Source of the DNA: Bacteroidia bacterium
Lineage (GTDB): Bacteria; Bacteroidota; Bacteroidia; UKL13-3
Reading direction: 5' to 3'
Assembly: GCA_020049855.1 (NCBI GenBank)
Contig: JAGVLJ010000027.1
Location: forward strand, 7,884 to 71,883
Length of the DNA: 64,000 bases
The notes below the pieces were generated by a model. That model ran no database searches, had not been told where the DNA came from, and saw nothing but the letters and a program-made list of their open reading frames with translations. Both the position numbers and the translations under genes were made by a program. Within the stretch, counting starts at the first letter, position 1. Each line of letters opens with the position of its first letter. Shown here one piece after another: positions 59,435 to 64,000 of this stretch.

Positions 59435-60592
59435 ATGCCCAAATTTCAAAGTTCTGTCAGCAGCAAATTACCCACAACAGGAACTACCATTTTTACCATT
59501 ATGAGTGCATTGGCTAATGAGCATAACGCAATTAATCTTGCACAGGGGTTTCCTGATTTTCCGGTGTCGCCCAGATTAATTGATTTAATTCATTCGTATA
59601 TGAAAAAAGGGATGAATCAATATGCACCTATGCCCGGCATTATTAGTTTGCGTGAAAAAATTGCTGCTAAGACTGAAGAGTTGTATTCAGCCAAATACGA
59701 TCCCGAAAAAGAAATTACCATTACACCCGGTGGCACCTGTGCCTTGTATGCGGCTATAACAGCCGTAGTACGTGAAGGAGATGAAGTGATTGTGATTGAA
59801 CCGGCTTATGATTCGTATATCCCGGCTATTGAGTTAAGCGGGGGTAAGCCCATTACCTACGAATTACGTGCTCCGGATTATAAGATTGATTGGAACGGCC
59901 TGAAAAAATTAGTGAACTTCCGTACCCGGATGATTATCATCAATACACCTCACAATCCATCAGGTGCCGTATTTACTGCTGCTGATATGCAGAAACTGGA
60001 GAAAATCGTTGATAAAACTGACATCATTGTGTTGAGTGATGAGGTATACGAACATATTATTTTTGACGGGGTTGAACACCAAAGTGTGGCGCGTTATCCC
60101 AAGCTGGCCGAACGTAGCATGATTGTTTCCTCCTTCGGAAAAACCTATCACAGTACCGGTTGGAAAATGGGTTATTGCCTGGCTCCGGAAAAACTCATGT
60201 TGGAGTTCAGAAAGGTATATCAGTTTATGGTATTCAGCGCCAATACACCCATTCAATATGCACTCGCAGATTATATAGAGGATAAAAACGCTTACCTTGA
60301 ACTCTCTCTGTTTTATCAGGAGAAACGCGACTATTTCCGCAAACTGCTGAAGGGTTCCAAACTTAAATTACTTCCCTGTGGCGGTTCGTATTTCCAGTCA
60401 GCCATCTACGATAAAATTACTAAGGAACATGACCGCGATTTTGCTCTACGGCTTACCAAAGAATTTGGTGTAGCTTCAATTCCCGTTTCGGTATTTTATC
60501 GGCAGGGAACAGACGACCATGTATTGCGATTTTGTTTTGCCAAAACGAATGAAACGCTTGAGAAAGCGGCTGAGAGACTATGCAGGATCTAA
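59435..60592 (+). CDS. PLP-dependent aminotransferase, YbdL/methionine (glutamine transaminase K-like) family
   Basis: The N-terminus SKLPTTGTTIFTIMSALANEHNAINLAQGFPDF closely resembles E. coli YbdL. PLP-lysine context SFGKTYHSTGWK. Confidence 0.88.
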   Translation: MPKFQSSVSSKLPTTGTTIFTIMSALANEHNAINLAQGFPDFPVSPRLIDLIHSYMKKGMNQYAPMPGIISLREKIAAKTEELYSAKYDPEKEITITPGGTCALYAAITAVVREGDEVIVIEPAYDSYIPAIELSGGKPITYELRAPDYKIDWNGLKKLVNFRTRMIIINTPHNPSGAVFTAADMQKLEKIVDKTDIIVLSDEVYEHIIFDGVEHQSVARYPKLAERSMIVSSFGKTYHSTGWKMGYCLAPEKLMLEFRKVYQFMVFSANTPIQYALADYIEDKNAYLELSLFYQEKRDYFRKLLKGSKLKLLPCGGSYFQSAIYDKITKEHDRDFALRLTKEFGVASIPVSVFYRQGTDDHVLRFCFAKTNETLEKAAERLCRI

Positions 60593-61356
60593 CAATTTGC
60601 TGTATACAAACCTCCCTGCACTAGGAAAACCGCGAAGCTAATCTGGCTATGCTGGCTACAAAAATTAAGTATATTACTTCTTCGCCCGATATCATTATTC
60701 TGCCTGAAATGTTTACGACCGGTTTCAGTATGCGTCCAGAATTATTTGCCGAAGCACCTAATGCGGAAACCACTTATTGGATGCAGATGCAAGCAAAAGT
60801 TACAGGCTCGGTAATTTGTGGAAGTGTAATGATGAAGGACGGAGGAAAATACTATAACCGTTTTATTTGGATGCAACCCGATGGTATTTGTTTTACCTAT
60901 GATAAAAAACATCTATTTCGAATGGGTGAAGAAAATAACCATTACTCATTTGGAACTACACAACTGAAGCTAAGCTATAAAGGGTGGAATATTGTTCCAA
61001 TGATTTGTTATGATTTACGTTTTCCGGTTTGGTGTTGCCACCCCGAAGCCAACCTTATCCTGTTTGTAGCTAACTGGCCAGAGCGGAGGAAAGAACATTG
61101 GATTAAATTGATTGAGGCAAGGGCTATCGAAAATCAATGTTATGTGGCGGGTGTAAACAGGGTAGGCCAAGATGGAAATGGGATTTACTACTCGGGCAAC
61201 AGTTTGGTAGTTGATCCAAAAGGTGCGCGTGTGGCTTATTCAGCGCATGATGAATGCTTGATAGAAGCCAAGCTAAGTTTTGAGGAAATGTCCATTTACC
61301 GTTCGCAATTTCCGGCATGGAAAGATGCCGATAGTTTTGGATTGAAAGGAGGCTAA
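60580..61356 (+). pseudogene. omega-amidase/YafV-like carbon-nitrogen hydrolase with an in-frame TAG (60622-60624) at a probable Trp codon
   Basis: An ATG overlapping the aminotransferase stop opens MQDLTICCIQTSLH*ENREANLAMLATK..., in frame with ORF 60649-61356. Nitrilase-superfamily motifs follow: LPEMF (Glu), a Lys-containing block YDKKHLF, and MICYDLRFP (Cys). Confidence 0.7.
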
Positions 61357-62618
61357 TAGCCGTATTTATCTTTCCAAAGTTTTTTAAGGAGTTGCCTCAA
61401 CTCATTTTCTCTCACATTATTCCCCGGCTCGTAAAATTTGGTTCCACTAAGTTTTTCCGGTAAAAATTCGAGGTCAGTAAAATTACCTGCATACGAGTGG
61501 GCGTATTTATAATTTTTCCCGTAATCAAGTTCATTCATTAGTTTGGTTGGGGCATTTCGCAAGTGTAATGGAACCGGAAGTTCTCCATTTTTATGCAATG
61601 CAGCATAGGCTTCTTCAATGGCCAAATAAGACGCATTGCTTTTATTGCTGCACGCCAGGTAAACTGCAGTCTGTGAAAGAATAATTCTTCCCTCAGGAAG
61701 GCCAATCATGGCGATGGCCTGAAAACAGTTTGTTGCGAGTAACAAGGCATTCGGGTTGGCATTTCCAATGTCTTCCGAGGCAAGAATTACCATTCTACGG
61801 GCTATAAACTTAATATCTTCTCCACCATCAAGCATGCGAGCCAGCCAATACACTGCCGCATTTGGATCGCTACCTCTTATTGATTTTATAAATGCCGAAA
61901 TAATATCATAATGCTGCTCCCCTTTCTTATCGTAAACAGCTATCCGCTTTTGAAGGTAATTTTCTACGTATTTATTATTTATGGTTACAGTTCCATTGCT
62001 TTGTGCATTCACTAATAATTCGAGCAGATTGAGCAATTTGCGTGCATCTCCACCTGAGAATAGAAGTAAAGCTTCGGTTTCCTCCACTTGTATTTTTCGT
62101 TTACAAAGTTCTTCATCTCTGCTAATGGCCGCGTGAAGAATTTCTTCCAAATCAGCGCGCTCAAGCTCTTTCAAAATGTACACATGGCAACGAGATAATA
62201 GGGCAGAGTTTACTTCGAAAGACGGATTTTCGGTAGTGGCTCCAATGAGTAATACAATTCCTTTCTCTACAGCACCAAGTAATGCGTCCTGCTGACTTTT
62301 GTTAAACCGATGAATTTCGTCAATGAATAAAACAGATTTGCCTTCTTGTTTGGATTTTTCAATTACCTGACGTAGATCCTGAACCCCCGAACTAATAGCA
62401 CTCAACATATGAATGGGCAGCCCTAATTGTTGAGCAATTAAGTAAGAGAGGGTGGTTTTTCCTACTCCTGGCGGGCCCCAAAAAATCATTGAAACTACCG
62501 CCTTATTATCAATAGACTTTCGCAGTAAGGATTCCTTCCCGAGCAAATGTTTTTGTCCAACACAGGCATCCAGTGTTTGCGGGCGCATGCGTTCGGCCAA
62601 TGGAATTGCACTGCTCAT
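61353..62618 (-). CDS. rarA: replication-associated recombination protein A (AAA+ ATPase)
   Basis: Walker A GPPGVGKTT, Walker B LFIDEIHRFNK and the MgsA C-terminal region (YDIISAFIKSIRGSDPNAAVYWLARML). Confidence 0.93.
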   Translation of the reverse strand: MSSAIPLAERMRPQTLDACVGQKHLLGKESLLRKSIDNKAVVSMIFWGPPGVGKTTLSYLIAQQLGLPIHMLSAISSGVQDLRQVIEKSKQEGKSVLFIDEIHRFNKSQQDALLGAVEKGIVLLIGATTENPSFEVNSALLSRCHVYILKELERADLEEILHAAISRDEELCKRKIQVEETEALLLFSGGDARKLLNLLELLVNAQSNGTVTINNKYVENYLQKRIAVYDKKGEQHYDIISAFIKSIRGSDPNAAVYWLARMLDGGEDIKFIARRMVILASEDIGNANPNALLLATNCFQAIAMIGLPEGRIILSQTAVYLACSNKSNASYLAIEEAYAALHKNGELPVPLHLRNAPTKLMNELDYGKNYKYAHSYAGNFTDLEFLPEKLSGTKFYEPGNNVRENELRQLLKKLWKDKYGY

Positions 62619-63058
62619 AGTTGTGTGGCTTTTAATTTTTCGCAGGCAAGCCTGAATTTTTCTGGAACTGATTTTACTTTTCTTTCTCTGTAATCAAAAC
62701 AAACCATTCCGGTTTTGGCAAGCGAAGTTTTCTTTTGCTGAGTAAGGTTGTAAAGTTGGTAATACAATTCAAAACCAGCTCGGCTAAAATCACCAAGCCC
62801 TATATTGATTTGGATATGGTCTTTATAAAATGCCTCAGATTGATATACCACTGCGGTATCAGCCTGAATAAGGCTTACTCCTTCAATATCGGATTCTAGG
62901 TAGCCCAACGATTCAAAAAATCGAATTCTTGCTTCGTGCAGGTAGCCAAGTACCCGGTCGTTACCAAGATGATTTCCGTAGTTAATATCCATAACGGAAA
63001 CCATTATATTTGTTGTAAATATAACTGGTTCAGGAAAATGTAATTCTATTCTTGCCAT
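62615..63058 (-). CDS. hotdog-fold acyl-CoA thioesterase (YbgC/4HBT-like)
   Basis: 147 aa. The early motif MDINYGNHLGND resembles the 4HBT catalytic region. Overlaps the rarA start by 4 nt. Confidence 0.75.
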   Translation of the reverse strand: MARIELHFPEPVIFTTNIMVSVMDINYGNHLGNDRVLGYLHEARIRFFESLGYLESDIEGVSLIQADTAVVYQSEAFYKDHIQINIGLGDFSRAGFELYYQLYNLTQQKKTSLAKTGMVCFDYRERKVKSVPEKFRLACEKLKATQL

Positions 63059-63186
63059 ATTGTCTAATTAGCAAGTTACACTTTCATACTTACTTGTAGG
63101 CTAATAAAAAAATATTTCAAAAAAAACATCTGGAATTTATTAGGTTGTTATAGTCTATTATCCTAATTTAGAGGCATATTTAAGGA

Positions 63187-64000
63187 ATGGCCGTGCCGTT
63201 CAACTGTAAATTGAAACTGCTAAAAGAAAGGGTTTACTTCTTCGTGGTATTTGGTATGCTTATACCGGGTCGTGTTTTATCGCAATGCATCGGAGTTGAT
63301 TTTACTGCACCTACCACAATGGCCTGTGCTCCTGCAATGTTAAATTTTAATGCCGTAGGCGTGCCTGTAGGTACAACTTTCATTTGGAAGTTTGGTGCTT
63401 CAACCATTAGTGGTAGCGATACCATCTCGTATATATTCACAAAAAAGGGGCTTTACACTGTTGAAATGGAAGCTACCATACCAAGTATGGGAACTTGTGT
63501 CGTTACTAAAAGTGCTTATGTAAATATTCATTTGCCCGATACACCTAATTTGGTGGTTGATAAACCGAAATTATGTAATGGCAGTGATTCGGTATTGTTG
63601 CGAAATACAAAACAGGGCTTTAACAGAATAGACTGGATTGTAGAGGCACAGAATCTTCAAAACAAAGGAGACTCCCTCCGGTATTTATTTTTTATTCCCG
63701 GAGTAAAACATATTGGTGTTAAAGTTTACGATGCGTTTGGGTGTCCATTTCTAAAAATGTTTGATTCAGCAGTAGTAGTAAATTATGTACCCAGCATCAC
63801 TATTAATTCTTCCAAAACACAGGGATGCAAACCAATTATCTCCAACTTTTCATTGAGTACCAATCAGCCTTCGCGACAGATTGTGAGTTATAGTTGGCAA
63901 TTTCCGGGGGCTACTCCATCTACCGCCACAGGAGCTAACCCGCAAAATATTACGTTTATGACTTCTGGAAGTTATAATGTCACTGTCACTATTAAAATGT
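63187..64000 (+). CDS. PKD-repeat secreted protein (3' partial, runs off the window; not in the ORF track)
   Basis: I translated frame 1 by hand from the ATG at 63187 to nt 64000 and found no stop. It has a signal-like N-terminus (VYFFVVFGMLIPGRVLSQC) and repeated PKD-like segments (FIWKFGAS...GLYTVEMEA; YSWQFPGATP...GSYNVTVTI). Confidence 0.7.
   Translation, partial: MAVPFNCKLKLLKERVYFFVVFGMLIPGRVLSQCIGVDFTAPTTMACAPAMLNFNAVGVPVGTTFIWKFGASTISGSDTISYIFTKKGLYTVEMEATIPSMGTCVVTKSAYVNIHLPDTPNLVVDKPKLCNGSDSVLLRNTKQGFNRIDWIVEAQNLQNKGDSLRYLFFIPGVKHIGVKVYDAFGCPFLKMFDSAVVVNYVPSITINSSKTQGCKPIISNFSLSTNQPSRQIVSYSWQFPGATPSTATGANPQNITFMTSGSYNVTVTIKM

Noticed and set aside
18295-60624. Stop-codon reassignment or programmed readthrough as the explanation for the in-frame TAA (18295) and TAG (60622).
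   Set aside because: TAA and TAG terminate many well-supported genes in this window at the expected protein lengths (for example dapA, sufB and the receptor at 17519-17521). Ordinary nonsense mutations or sequence errors are the more economical explanation.
63234-63440. 68-aa minus-strand ORF.
   Set aside because: It is antisense to the long stop-free PKD-repeat reading frame that starts at 63187.

Overview
The window looks like a chromosomal segment of a Gram-negative Bacteroidota genome. Support for this includes several T9SS C-terminal sorting domains, gliding-motility-type adhesins, TAnnTTTG -7 promoter boxes and carboxypeptidase-regulatory-domain TonB receptors. Most of it is housekeeping: ligA, dapA, serC-serA, sufBCDSE plus a DUF59 gene, efp, trxA, ctaA, ahpC with a Fur-family regulator, argS, rarA and three tRNAs (Leu-GAG, Cys-GCA, Lys-UUU). 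I found no transposase, integrase, CRISPR array or recognisable defence genes.

The strongest candidate for an undescribed system is a tightly packed five-gene minus-strand operon at 43577-48560. It encodes a DltA-like amino-acid adenylase, a GNAT acetyltransferase, a small carrier protein, an MBOAT (DltB/AlgI-like) and a membrane-anchored SGNH-like protein with a permuted, AlgX/AlgJ-style motif order. It reads as a Dlt/Alg hybrid pathway for extracytoplasmic (possibly N-acetyl-)aminoacylation of an envelope polymer or lipid.

Other notable loci:
- an ArsR-controlled CstB-like persulfide dioxygenase-rhodanese operon with a canonical 11-2-11 operator
- an orphan module of two heme-motif lipoproteins plus a beta-barrel protein
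- a SulP-STAS-beta-carbonic anhydrase fusion
- serC-serA co-packed with DUF1015, LtaS-like and beta-lactamase-like genes
- a 1.2 kb AT-rich gap with no supported gene
- four independently decayed genes: two with single in-frame stops, one multiply frameshifted T9SS substrate and one methyltransferase remnant

Two reading frames missing from the ORF track are added: a 46-aa basic protein with its own promoter and terminator, and a 3'-partial PKD protein at the window end.
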